64,000 nucleotides of DNA from positions 5,432 to 69,431 of IMG/VR virus record IMGVR_UViG_3300030000_000007. The stretch is one strand, 5' to 3'. Source of the stretch: a virus. A program made the translations under genes and the position numbers. Shown piece by piece: positions 9,893 to 19,476 of this stretch; the first letter of the stretch is position 1, and each line of letters opens with the position of its first letter. The notes beneath the pieces are model-generated. The model was not told where the DNA came from, made no database searches, and saw nothing but the letters and a program-made list of their open reading frames with translations.

Positions 9893-12085
9893 TTAAGAAA
9901 CATTAGAAACAACTGACACAAAAACTCTACTTGACGTTTCAACAAAGTATGAAATATAGTCAACAGAATTTGCAGCAGTAGATAATGCTGGTTTAACACC
10001 ACCAGCAGCAACCCATCCAGTTGCCCATGTAACCACTCTACCGCCAGTTGAATCTTGAGTAATGATTATTAATCCAGATTGACCAGGAGTTGGGTTAGTT
10101 GGGAAAGCTAATGTGAAATTCTGCACTGGAGCTAATTTGAAGTTATTCGACAAAGCAAAATTAGGAGTAACAGATGCACCTGCAGTCAATGTTGCGATTG
10201 CACCAGCTTGTGCAGCAGTCCATACATTTGCAGCAGATAAACTTGCACCACCTGGGCTTGATTGCCACGTAGGAGCAGCATTTCCATTTGAGGTAAGTAC
10301 TTGACCCGTAGTACCATAAGCTGTTCCAGTTGAACCAATCGATATAGCACCAGAAGAAAGAATACGCAAACGTTCTGTGTTGTTTGTCTTCAATATTATT
10401 GTGCCATTGGTTCCACCACCTGTACTAATACCGGTTGATAAAGTTATACTTCCAGCGGTTCCATTACTTGCAGTATTACCACCTGTCAGTACGATGTTAC
10501 CACCTGCACCCCCATTTGTTGCTGTCGCGTGACTGCCCCCTGTTAAATTAATATCACCAGATGGATAACCAGATTTACCACCGCTAGTTAAATTTATCGC
10601 TCCGCTTGATACTATATCTATAGTTGAGCTTGCTGGTAGATTATTGCCACCTGGAATAGTAATATATCCACCAGGTGTAGCCATATATTCACCTAAACCC
10701 CCTCTTAAAGTAACAGCACCACCAATACCTGCATTACCTGTTGACCCACCAATACCACCGGTAAGCAATAATGCACCACCATTATTACCAGCACCACCAG
10801 CCTGGCCGCCGAATATCGTTGTTGCGAATCCAGTATTTGATCCAGATGGAGTTATAGATCCACCCGCGAAACCTGTAGCTAATGTTGACCAGGTAGGAGA
10901 AGCATCACCATTTGAAGTAAGTACTTGACCAGTTGTACCAACAGCTGATCCAGATGAACCAACAGATAAAGCACCAGATGCAAGAAATCTAAATCGTTCA
11001 GTTGAATTAGATTGAAACACTATTGATCCTGCGCCCGAGTAACCATTCTTAGAGTTTAAGATTATTGAACCACCAATTGATCCAACACCTGATCCACCTT
11101 GTCCACCTGAAATTACTACATTACCACCAGACCCAGCACCATAACCAGTATTTGCTCCACCACCAGAAATGTTAACATTAGCTCCACTAGAACCACCACC
11201 AGAATAACCACCGGTAATATTAACCGGACCAGAAATAGCGTTACTAGTATCACCACCAGTTAAATTAAGAGCACCTTCAAAACCAGCTGTTATTGATAGG
11301 GCAACACTTGCTGCACCAACAATACTACCGGCAGTAGTACTAGCTACACCAAGACTCAATGCTTTGATAGTATCATCCCATTTTAAAGAAGATGAACTTG
11401 TTAAAAGATTTGCAGCTGATCCGAATGGAATTTGTGCTGCTGTTACTACTGGAATAGAAGTTGCAGATGTGAACTGAGTAAATGATAAAGCTGTTGTTCC
11501 GAGAGTTATTGAATCATTTGTTACAAGGACCCATCCAGTGTCTGCTTGTAATGTTCCTTCTGAAACAAAACAAAACATACCTGCAATAACTTCACCAACA
11601 GGTGAATTATCAGCATCATCACTTCTTGCCCATGTACCAGAAGCAACAACATAAATACCATTCTGTGATGCAGTGGTTTGATTTTTAACTAAAACTCTAT
11701 TTCCTGCAGTAACTGCTACACCATCGATTGTTTGTGTACCGGACAAACTGATATTTGCCGTAGTAGCAACTCTAACTGATTTCTTTAATGACAGACCAGT
11801 TGCAACTGCATCAACATATTGTTTCGAAGCAGCACCAAGAGGAATTACTGGGTCTGCACTTAAAACTAATGCACCAGTCATAGTATCACCAGCTTTGTTA
11901 ACTGGAGTAAACGTTAGATCTGTACTTATTGGACCCCAAGTAGATCCATTACTGATATAAAGTTTTTCTGTATCTGTTTTATAGAATAATTCGCCTGGAC
12001 TGCCGGTTGGAAAAGATGTTCCACTAGCAACTACAAGATTAATAAAATCTGCACCATCGGATAAGGTAATCGAATCGAATATCAT
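9893..12085 (-). CDS. tail fibre protein
   Basis: AGDTMTG, KQYVD, SVRVATTANISLSGTQTIDGV..RVLVKNQT..NGIYV motifs; Gly-rich repeats; late promoter at about 12117. Confidence 0.85.
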   Translation of the reverse strand: MIFDSITLSDGADFINLVVASGTSFPTGSPGELFYKTDTEKLYISNGSTWGPISTDLTFTPVNKAGDTMTGALVLSADPVIPLGAASKQYVDAVATGLSLKKSVRVATTANISLSGTQTIDGVAVTAGNRVLVKNQTTASQNGIYVVASGTWARSDDADNSPVGEVIAGMFCFVSEGTLQADTGWVLVTNDSITLGTTALSFTQFTSATSIPVVTAAQIPFGSAANLLTSSSSLKWDDTIKALSLGVASTTAGSIVGAASVALSITAGFEGALNLTGGDTSNAISGPVNITGGYSGGGSSGANVNISGGGANTGYGAGSGGNVVISGGQGGSGVGSIGGSIILNSKNGYSGAGSIVFQSNSTERFRFLASGALSVGSSGSAVGTTGQVLTSNGDASPTWSTLATGFAGGSITPSGSNTGFATTIFGGQAGGAGNNGGALLLTGGIGGSTGNAGIGGAVTLRGGLGEYMATPGGYITIPGGNNLPASSTIDIVSSGAINLTSGGKSGYPSGDINLTGGSHATATNGGAGGNIVLTGGNTASNGTAGSITLSTGISTGGGTNGTIILKTNNTERLRILSSGAISIGSTGTAYGTTGQVLTSNGNAAPTWQSSPGGASLSAANVWTAAQAGAIATLTAGASVTPNFALSNNFKLAPVQNFTLAFPTNPTPGQSGLIIITQDSTGGRVVTWATGWVAAGGVKPALSTAANSVDYISYFVETSSRVFVSVVSNVS

Positions 12086-12161
12086 TTAGAGTTCTCCATA
12101 AAAAGTTTCATACTGATATTTATAGACAACTATGATTTACCCTACCAATCCTACCTTTTAA

Positions 12162-12845
12162 TTATCCTTCATATAGAACATTTACTGATCCAGCATCAAA
12201 AATATCAGTGCCGTTTACAGTGGTTAATCTTATTCTGTCTATGACACCTGTTAAAGTAACTGATCCACTACCAATTCTAGATGCAGTATCAGAACTAGCA
12301 CTGAAATTACCATTCATTATCCATGTATTACCAGTCATGTTGTTCAGAAGAATTGAACCTTGTCTAACTGTTGCAGCTGAATCTACATTACCACCAGAAG
12401 TAATAAAACCAGATGTTGATATAGTAGTTGCTACAAAACTAGATACTACCGAGCCTGCTGATAAATATCCAGTAGTTTGGAATGTTGTTGACCCCAATTG
12501 GATTTTTAAGATTGATGCTCCATTTGTTGAAACACCAGCTAACATCAATGTTATCTTTTTAGCCCATACTGGAACGTCTGTAAAATCAATAGAAGTTCCA
12601 GAAGTTGTTGCTTTTGCTGTTCCCAATACCATTCTAGGAATGGTAAAATTATTCTGTAAATTTATGCCATTTGGAAAAGTCACACTACCATCAACATTTA
12701 TTGACATAATATCCTGACTTGTACTACCAAAAACGCCTCTTGCTATTTTTGCAGTTCCATCGATGTTCGTCTGAATGACAAAATTTTGAGTCGGTGTTAC
12801 TGAATCACCCAACTGAATAGTGTTTAATGTTAATTTACCAGCCAT
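12162..12845 (-). CDS. tail fibre-associated protein
   Basis: SGTSIDFTDVPVWAKKIT..DRIRLTTVNGTDIFDAGSVNVLYE fibre C-terminal domain. Confidence 0.75.
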   Translation of the reverse strand: MAGKLTLNTIQLGDSVTPTQNFVIQTNIDGTAKIARGVFGSTSQDIMSINVDGSVTFPNGINLQNNFTIPRMVLGTAKATTSGTSIDFTDVPVWAKKITLMLAGVSTNGASILKIQLGSTTFQTTGYLSAGSVVSSFVATTISTSGFITSGGNVDSAATVRQGSILLNNMTGNTWIMNGNFSASSDTASRIGSGSVTLTGVIDRIRLTTVNGTDIFDAGSVNVLYEG

Positions 12846-12862
12846 AATTTGTCCCTGTTAGT

Positions 12863-13195
12863 TTAAAAAATATTCCAATTTGATCCTGAAGAAATAACAA
12901 CTGACACATTTGCACCAATTGTAATAGGGCCAATGCTTCCCGCATTTCTACCTGCACCAATAACATAATTAGCATTTATGACTTGATCATTTTCAAAAAA
13001 TGCAGAATTGCCCGTACTATTATCATCTAAAGATAACCAAATTTGTCCATTAAATATTTTTAAACCTACATTTGGAGCATCAGTTCTAAAGAACATCTGT
13101 CCTATATCAGGTAGTGATGGGTAAGAAGTACCCCTTTCTACCGTAAGGTTGTCAATTTCTGAACCCTCTGTTAAATCTATACCATCAATCTTCAT
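12863..13195 (-). CDS. tail fibre-associated small protein
   Basis: N-terminus paralogous to the 730-aa fibre; FFENDQVINANYVI..NAGSIGPITI motif. Confidence 0.7.
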   Translation of the reverse strand: MKIDGIDLTEGSEIDNLTVERGTSYPSLPDIGQMFFRTDAPNVGLKIFNGQIWLSLDDNSTGNSAFFENDQVINANYVIGAGRNAGSIGPITIGANVSVVISSGSNWNIF

Positions 13196-13237
13196 GTTAC
13201 TCTTCTGTTAAATAATGTCTTATTTATTATAAAAACT

Positions 13238-13264
13238 AATAAGTCCACATAAAGTGGACTTATT
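13238..13264 (-). terminator. intrinsic terminator
   Basis: AATAAGTCCAC-ATAAA-GTGGACTTATT hairpin. Confidence 0.6.
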
Positions 13265-13287
13265 ATGTTAATAATCACTTAAGTGAT

Positions 13288-13578
13288 TTAAACAACAGGT
13301 GTTAACATCATCTGTCTTCCAGCTTCTATTTTTGCTTCAGCTAATTCTTCTAGCATTTTAGTTGCTGCATATTTCAAATATGTCAATTCACGAAACTCAT
13401 CTTTCACTTTTGTTAAGAGAGTTGGACTGTAAGTAGCAGATAATGAATATGCACGTTGTGCTCCTTTAAGAGCTTTTCTTTGCAATCTGATACTATTCGA
13501 TATTTGAGCATAAGTTGATTTCCATTGTGAACGATAAACCAAATATGTTTCTCTTGAGTTAAATTTTTCCATTTTCAT
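13288..13578 (-). CDS. hypothetical protein
   Basis: 96-aa ORF, coupled. Confidence 0.65.
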   Translation of the reverse strand: MKMEKFNSRETYLVYRSQWKSTYAQISNSIRLQRKALKGAQRAYSLSATYSPTLLTKVKDEFRELTYLKYAATKMLEELAEAKIEAGRQMMLTPVV

Positions 13579-13970
13579 TCTCCTTTAAGTTGTGCAAGTT
13601 CCATTTCCAATTGTGCTACTCTTTTAGCTCTAAGCTGTGCCTGAATAATATCTTCTTTCTGTTTATCAATTGAAGCTAAAGCAGCAAGTCGTTCTCTATA
13701 TTTTTCAGGTTGACCATTTAGAATATCTGAATCAAAGCTGATTGTTTCTAATATTTCGTTGGGGTCACGATTGTTATATTCCCAACATTCGATAAATCCT
13801 ACATCATCTATTTCCACATAGTCAGCCCTAGAAAAATGATATCTATTCGATGACATACCCATTTCTTCTTTATAGATTTTAAGTTGAAGCTTCGCAAGTT
13901 CTTTTAACTTAGTAGTTATGTCGTCGTGGATATTAGTAATTCTTAGATATTGTGTCATTAGTAAGCTCAT
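13575..13970 (-). CDS. hypothetical protein
   Basis: 131-aa ORF, coupled. Confidence 0.65.
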   Translation of the reverse strand: MSLLMTQYLRITNIHDDITTKLKELAKLQLKIYKEEMGMSSNRYHFSRADYVEIDDVGFIECWEYNNRDPNEILETISFDSDILNGQPEKYRERLAALASIDKQKEDIIQAQLRAKRVAQLEMELAQLKGE

Positions 13971-14109
13971 TATTCATCTCCTTTAAAAGTTTCATTTAGT
14001 TCATCTATAAGTTCTTTTGCATCAAACTCGAGATTGTAATCACCTCTATCAATTGCATCTTTTAGAACTTCACGTAGTCTATCTAGTCTGTTAATGTATT
14101 CTTGATAGT

Positions 14110-14439
14110 TCATTTTGGACTCCATAGCGGAAGATGTGAAAGATGCTGACGTTGGTTTTCAGTCAAAAGACAGGCGATAGCTGTTAGGCCCCAATCAAGA
14201 TGAGGTTCATGAAATTCTGTTGTGAGAATTCCGAGCGCATTTAATTCCGAACGAAGTTGTTCGAGATCAGATTTACTCTTAATAGTGAGACAGACTAAAG
14301 TGGGATGATGATCAGAAGGGCGACCATATTGGTATGCGTGCTCTAAAGCAGCATGGGATGCTTGCACAATTCGTTGAGACGTGGGAATGTCCCGATGCGA
14401 AACAGTGTAAAGATAAGTATCAAGGTTCTACGATTTCAT
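14110..14439 (-). CDS. Pth2-like peptidyl-tRNA hydrolase with in-frame TAG at codon 4
   Basis: GGAG-8nt-ATG AAA TCG TAG AAC CTT GAT ACT TAT CTT TAC.. in frame with the 85-aa ORF. YLYTVSHRDIP..IVQASHAA, LVCL and FHEP..LTAIA resemble the PTH2 fold. Confidence 0.75.
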
Positions 14440-14473
14440 TTTTTTAACTCCTTTTAAATTTACTAACACAGAA

Positions 14474-14481
14474 TATTTATA
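14474..14481 (-). promoter_or_regulatory. T4-type late promoter
   Basis: TATAAATA about 35 nt upstream of the Pth2-like ATG. Confidence 0.65.
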
Positions 14482-14602
14482 CAGAACCCTTATTTTGGGA
14501 TCAGATAAATTTTAAAAATCTCCAAGCAATATAACTGGAGAGAGAAAGCATTACCATAAATGGTAGCACGAAAATTTCAAACAATAAAATGTACATATTG
14601 AT

Positions 14603-14677
14603 TGGTGCGCTAGGCGGGAATCGAACCCGCAACCATGAGTTTTAGAGGCTCTTGCTCTACCATTGAGCTACTAGCGC
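14603..14677 (-). tRNA. tRNA with CUA anticodon (amber suppressor)
   Basis: GCGCTAG/CTAGCGC-ACCA acceptor; canonical D and T arms; loop CT-CTA-AA on a weak anticodon stem. Confidence 0.75.
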
Positions 14678-14685
14678 ATTTAAAT

Positions 14686-14946
14686 TTATTTAGACACTTT
14701 CAAATTTTCAGATGGATGTGCAAGAACAAAGTTTCCAACTGCAATAGCAAGTGCTTGGATAGTCTTTGCTTTTGTAACAACATTTCGTGTTTTGGTCACG
14801 TTTTCTGGTTTGACTTGAGGATGCTGTTTGATAAAGGTTTCAATTTTATCGAAGCAGAAAACTTTTGCTTGCATCAAATCTTTTTGTTTCAGGATGACTG
14901 CAGTATCATCCATATTAAAGAAACCAAGAGCAGTAATTTTATTCAT
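14686..14946 (-). CDS. hypothetical protein
   Basis: 86-aa ORF directly after an early promoter. Confidence 0.6.
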   Translation of the reverse strand: MNKITALGFFNMDDTAVILKQKDLMQAKVFCFDKIETFIKQHPQVKPENVTKTRNVVTKAKTIQALAIAVGNFVLAHPSENLKVSK

Positions 14947-14980
14947 AATGTATTATACACTGTTTTCTGTTGAAAGTAAA

Positions 14981-15229
14981 TTAGATTGCCATATATTTAA
15001 CAGTCCAGACACCTGCAATTGCTGCGACCAAAAGTGCAGCATATGTTCCGTAGTTCTGTTTCTTAACATGGAATCGTGGGATAAAACGTTGAACAATTTG
15101 AATCTGAATCAACAGAAACACTGCAAAGAAAACAATCACACCAACAATGATAGGGAAGAACGAACCATCCATTACCATTTCCCAAACACGTGCTTCGAGA
15201 GGGTTACGATAGACAATGATTTCTTGCAT
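14981..15229 (-). CDS. small membrane protein
   Basis: Two hydrophobic segments. Confidence 0.65.
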   Translation of the reverse strand: MQEIIVYRNPLEARVWEMVMDGSFFPIIVGVIVFFAVFLLIQIQIVQRFIPRFHVKKQNYGTYAALLVAAIAGVWTVKYMAI

Positions 15230-15295
15230 TTTAATCTTTCTAAAAAGGTTTTGATAGATAAATTATAACATAAAAATCAGGTTATGTACATAAAA

Positions 15296-15856
15296 TTAAA
15301 CAATACCTGGATCCTTTAGATCAAAAATATCCTTCATATCAGCAAAATTCTTCCATGAGACACCAATCTCGTTATTAGTTCTAACTAACCATCCTTTTTG
15401 AGAATCTAACATATCTGAATCATCATCAAGAATAACATAGTGAGTAATTTCAGGATGTGCGTCAATCCACATTTGAATTTCAAAGCCACGCTGATGACCA
15501 AAATGTTCTGTTGAATTCCCCCAAAAGACTTCAGTCCATCCAACAATTCTTTCAGAATCTAAACCTAGATACTTAAAATATTCCTTCATCTCTGTAAGTT
15601 TATTTGGACCATCTGGGATATGCTTACGGTGCGTAGAAGAAATAACAATCTTGATATCACCAAGCTTGCACACGCGATTAACAAGATCAACAGAAATTGG
15701 ATCAATGGTACACCGAGTATGCTTCATAAAATATGGATCGTCTGGATTATCGATCCCATACTGCTTAATTTTGTAAGCACTTGCAATGACTGACCGTGTT
15801 GAATTCAATACACCATCAACATCTAAAAACAGGACCTTCATTGATTCTCCAATCAT
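15296..15856 (-). CDS. HAD-superfamily phosphatase (Swiss-army-knife RNA-repair HAD type)
   Basis: FLDVDGVLNS, IVISST, RGFEIQMWI, YVILDDDSDM motifs. Confidence 0.85.
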   Translation of the reverse strand: MIGESMKVLFLDVDGVLNSTRSVIASAYKIKQYGIDNPDDPYFMKHTRCTIDPISVDLVNRVCKLGDIKIVISSTHRKHIPDGPNKLTEMKEYFKYLGLDSERIVGWTEVFWGNSTEHFGHQRGFEIQMWIDAHPEITHYVILDDDSDMLDSQKGWLVRTNNEIGVSWKNFADMKDIFDLKDPGIV

Positions 15857-15891
15857 TCAATAAATAAAATTATAACACACTTACTAATTCT

Positions 15892-16362
15892 ATGATACAA
15901 GAAACTTTAAACGTTGATGAATTTGTTCAATTTGATCATTCCATTACAATCCCGGGCACCATTAAATCAATTGACAGTATAGAGATTGTGCCTATAAACA
16001 GATTGATTCCTTCGGGGCTCAACGTTAATGGATCCGGTAATTCAATACGAGTTCACGGAGAACTAGATTATGCATTTATCAGATCCTACATGTATGTTGA
16101 TAGTAGCAACAACCATAAAATAGTCTACAAAATAGAAGAGGTTCCGACTTCATATGATGGTTTATATCGTTACGTTCCACCAAATGTTAATACTATAACT
16201 AGAAATGTAGTAGTAAACTATACTGAACTTGTTCCTAATCCTACTACTTCAATTGTTGAGGAAGTCCACAGTATTCTTCAAATAGATATCGTTGTAAGAA
16301 ACAACTGGGAACTAATGAATGCAAAAGTTAAAGAAGTAATAACTAAAGGGAGTAAATATTAA
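15892..16362 (+). CDS. hypothetical protein (probably baseplate-related)
   Basis: Plus-strand ORF coupled (TAATG) to the PAAR gene. Confidence 0.65.
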   Translation: MIQETLNVDEFVQFDHSITIPGTIKSIDSIEIVPINRLIPSGLNVNGSGNSIRVHGELDYAFIRSYMYVDSSNNHKIVYKIEEVPTSYDGLYRYVPPNVNTITRNVVVNYTELVPNPTTSIVEEVHSILQIDIVVRNNWELMNAKVKEVITKGSKY

Positions 16363-16646
16363 TGCCAGCTATAACACGCTTAGAAGATGAATCAGCAGGT
16401 CATGGATTCAGTGCTAGACCGAATAACCAAGCATCTGGTACCGTGTTTGTAAATGGAAAGGGAGTGCATCGTCAGGGAGATAGTTGGCCATTACACTGTC
16501 TTGGCCCAGTATGTCACACTTCTAAAACAGAAACTGGCTCATCGACCGTTTTTATTAATAACGTTCAATGTGCCAGAATAGGGGATCCTCTAGACTGTGG
16601 TGATATGATTGCTCAGGGATCAGACACAGTATTTGCGGGTGGTTAA
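16362..16646 (+). CDS. PAAR-repeat baseplate spike tip (T4 gp5.4-like)
   Basis: MPAITRLED..GH..VFVNGKGVHRQGD..H..GSSTVFINN..ARIGD..CG. Confidence 0.9.
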   Translation: MPAITRLEDESAGHGFSARPNNQASGTVFVNGKGVHRQGDSWPLHCLGPVCHTSKTETGSSTVFINNVQCARIGDPLDCGDMIAQGSDTVFAGG

Positions 16647-16868
16647 TTATGCTTCAGCAACTTCCTCAGTAACAACACCACGTTTACCAGCCTTTTTAAC
16701 ACCGGAAACAAACTCCTTGTAGGAGCGGAACTTCTGCCACCAAGCATTTTTCTTACCATGCTTTGGGGTCGTTGCAGCTGGTCCATGTCCACCAGCAACA
16801 CGTGTTGCGGAGATTTCGCGAGCAGCCACAAGACGTTTTGCTTGCTTAGATTGACGTGTCATTTTCAT
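16647..16868 (-). CDS. small basic protein
   Basis: 73 aa, K/R-rich, AAGGA SD. Confidence 0.6.
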   Translation of the reverse strand: MKMTRQSKQAKRLVAAREISATRVAGGHGPAATTPKHGKKNAWWQKFRSYKEFVSGVKKAGKRGVVTEEVAEA

Positions 16869-17754
16869 TTTCCTTTATAATGAGTGGTGTAATTTCATTT
16901 ACACCTTGTGAATTAACTAACCAAAATTTTCCTGTTTCAGGTTCTGTAAATGTCAAACCTTCCCAACCACTAGGCTCTTCAGCCTTATTTGTAAATTTGT
17001 TAATATGTGAATAACTGCCATATGCCATTGTATCAAGATTCGTCTGTCCATAAAACTGGACGGGCTGCCTTAAAATAGAATGACCCGAATAAATGTGAGA
17101 CAACTTATCATTGAAAATTTTCTGTTCAGGCAAATGATGTTTTGCCCATGTTTCAATTTTTCTTTTCTCACGTTCATCAATTTGGGTACTGTACATTCTC
17201 CCGAATATCTTTCTACCCCAAAAAATACACTGTCCATCACTGTTACTATTATAGGCGACTTGTGAAAAATGATAAGGATTTAAAAGATCAATATCAGATA
17301 TAGCAGTGTGAGCCCACAATTCTGCATGAATTATATGGAATTTTGTTCCATCTTTTTTCTTAACAGTAATCATTTCTGGTAGATTAGGAACAACATCTTT
17401 GACAAGTTCTCTTATGTGATAACTCTCATCTGATAAACCAGCAAAATGTTCTCTAGCCCAAGCACCACCATTACGAATCCAACTAGGTAACCAAAAACTT
17501 CCAGCTGAAAAACTATCAATCATCATGATTTCATGATTACCTTTAACAGATTTAAACCACGGTTTATAAAGTAGCATCAAACTTTTTTCGTTTTCTGGTC
17601 CTCTATCAACCAAGTCACCAACACCAAACAATCTATCTGTTAAAAAATTGAATCCTACAAATTCTAAAAACTGTTCAATTCTGCTATAAGCACCATGCAC
17701 ATCTCCGCAAACATAATCTCTCCCTTTTAAGTTTGCTTCGAATGTTTCTATCAT
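16846..17754 (-). CDS. calcineurin-like metallophosphoesterase (NinI/PphA-like Ser/Thr phosphatase)
   Basis: GDVHG, GDLVDRG, GNHE, HAE, GHS motifs. Confidence 0.9.
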   Translation of the reverse strand: MIETFEANLKGRDYVCGDVHGAYSRIEQFLEFVGFNFLTDRLFGVGDLVDRGPENEKSLMLLYKPWFKSVKGNHEIMMIDSFSAGSFWLPSWIRNGGAWAREHFAGLSDESYHIRELVKDVVPNLPEMITVKKKDGTKFHIIHAELWAHTAISDIDLLNPYHFSQVAYNSNSDGQCIFWGRKIFGRMYSTQIDEREKRKIETWAKHHLPEQKIFNDKLSHIYSGHSILRQPVQFYGQTNLDTMAYGSYSHINKFTNKAEEPSGWEGLTFTEPETGKFWLVNSQGVNEITPLIIKENENDTSI

Positions 17755-18215
17755 GTTCTGTCCCTAATAGCTCCAGTTTTAATGTACTCGTCAATTTCTT
17801 CTTTTGATGGTTGTCCAAACTTATCTGTCCAAACCTTCATACGAAACATTTCTGGGATAACTTTTTCTTTTTCAACAAATACCCTATCCCAACCTTTTCG
17901 ATATTGATTTGTTGCACCCTTTGTTCGCATCAAATCACCAGTTATATTATTTACTGATATCATTTAGCACCCCATCAATAAACGGTTGGACACCATTTGG
18001 ATACAGAAGAATGTTAACTTCAATCACATTCACTTTGTTTACCATTGGATACCACCTATGATAGCGTTCTCCACCTTGTCGGTTTCGTACAATAGTGTGA
18101 GCTGCACTTCTTGTAGTAATCAACAATGCATCTTCAACAGAAGCAACATAAGAGTATTCCTTGTTCGCCCGCTTTAGATATTTTTTGGTTATTTTATCTT
18201 GAATTATAAATCGTT

Positions 18216-18497
18216 TCATGTAATCTCCACAACATTTTCAATGACAAATGATCTCCATCCTTGTGCTTTAATATCATACACCCGAATAGTTTTGTTATTT
18301 TTATATGACTCTTTTATTTGTTCACCGTGTGGCCATTGGGACGGTGGGATTAGATCACTATTTAATGTGCAATCCATAACACGTATATCACCGTTCACCT
18401 TTTTAAAGGTGACAGTACATACTTTTATTTGTAGTAATAAACGGAATCGCTCTTTGAGCAATTCTTCATTTTGTTCTGTGTCCATTAATGCCTCCAA
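18216..18497 (-). CDS. Sm-like/WYL_2-type small protein
   Basis: VTFKKVNGDIRVMDCTL..VYDIKAQGWRSF motif. Confidence 0.7.
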   Translation of the reverse strand: MEALMDTEQNEELLKERFRLLLQIKVCTVTFKKVNGDIRVMDCTLNSDLIPPSQWPHGEQIKESYKNNKTIRVYDIKAQGWRSFVIENVVEIT

Positions 18498-18535
18498 TAA
18501 ATTATTATATCAAGAGGAAGCACTAATGTAAACTT

Positions 18536-18907
18536 TTAGAATGGATTTGTGGTTAGAACGATTTTATCATCAGGGTTCTTATCCAACATCTCTTTTCCAG
18601 CTTGACGTGCTTCGTCTTTTGTTAACCAATATTTTAGATCACCATTTGGTTCATCTAAAATTTCACCATTCAATCGAATATACCACCATGGTTTAACATG
18701 ACTAAATTGATTGTCTAAAGGTGTACTATCTTGTTTAGGAGTATCTAGATGGTGATGCTCGTCATCTTCTCTATCATGTGCTCCCCAATTCTTTGATCCA
18801 CTGTAATCACCGAGATAATCATTTGAATGTGGATCCCAAGCTGCTCGACCACCAGATAATGGTACGTTTACGTCATGTGGTTCTTCAAACAGTTCATTAA
18901 GCTTCAT
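18536..18907 (-). CDS. hypothetical (possible head-internal) protein
   Basis: MKLNELFE N-terminus; GGAG SD. Confidence 0.6.
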   Translation of the reverse strand: MKLNELFEEPHDVNVPLSGGRAAWDPHSNDYLGDYSGSKNWGAHDREDDEHHHLDTPKQDSTPLDNQFSHVKPWWYIRLNGEILDEPNGDLKYWLTKDEARQAGKEMLDKNPDDKIVLTTNPF

Positions 18908-19190
18908 AATTTACTCCATATAAATGATTTAATTATTTATATGATATGCAGCCACAGCCTCGAGTTGATAACGATGTTTATGAAAAGAAATAACATCTTC
19001 TGCTTCTTCAAATGTCTTACATACTTCTGTCCAATAACCTGGCATTTCTTCAATTTCAGGTTCATAGAAATATTTAATATCAACCCATAACGGTGACCAC
19101 CATGGGCGATATTGACACACTATATATTCAACAGTCTTTACCGTGTCGTGACGTAAAAAACTACGCTGAACAATTCTGTATTTTGACATA

Positions 19191-19472
19191 TTATCCCAAA
19201 TGTTTAAAATTGATAAGAGGTGTTGATTGAAGATAAATACGTGCCAATGGAAGCGTAGACTTTGATCTACTAGGTTTCCATTCACCTGAACCTGTGTCAC
19301 GATTATAATGAAAGTGTTCATTATCCCATTCACAGACTGGATATTTACCATTCACACCCAGATAGACTGCTGGACGAATACTTACACCTTGACGACGAGA
19401 TGCTATCATAACAACCTCGTCACCAGGTTCAAATCGCTGCCCTATATCATTTACAAAATGTTTAATTTCCAT
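19191..19472 (-). CDS. hypothetical protein
   Basis: 93-aa ORF. Confidence 0.6.
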   Translation of the reverse strand: MEIKHFVNDIGQRFEPGDEVVMIASRRQGVSIRPAVYLGVNGKYPVCEWDNEHFHYNRDTGSGEWKPSRSKSTLPLARIYLQSTPLINFKHLG

Positions 19473-19476
19473 TTTC

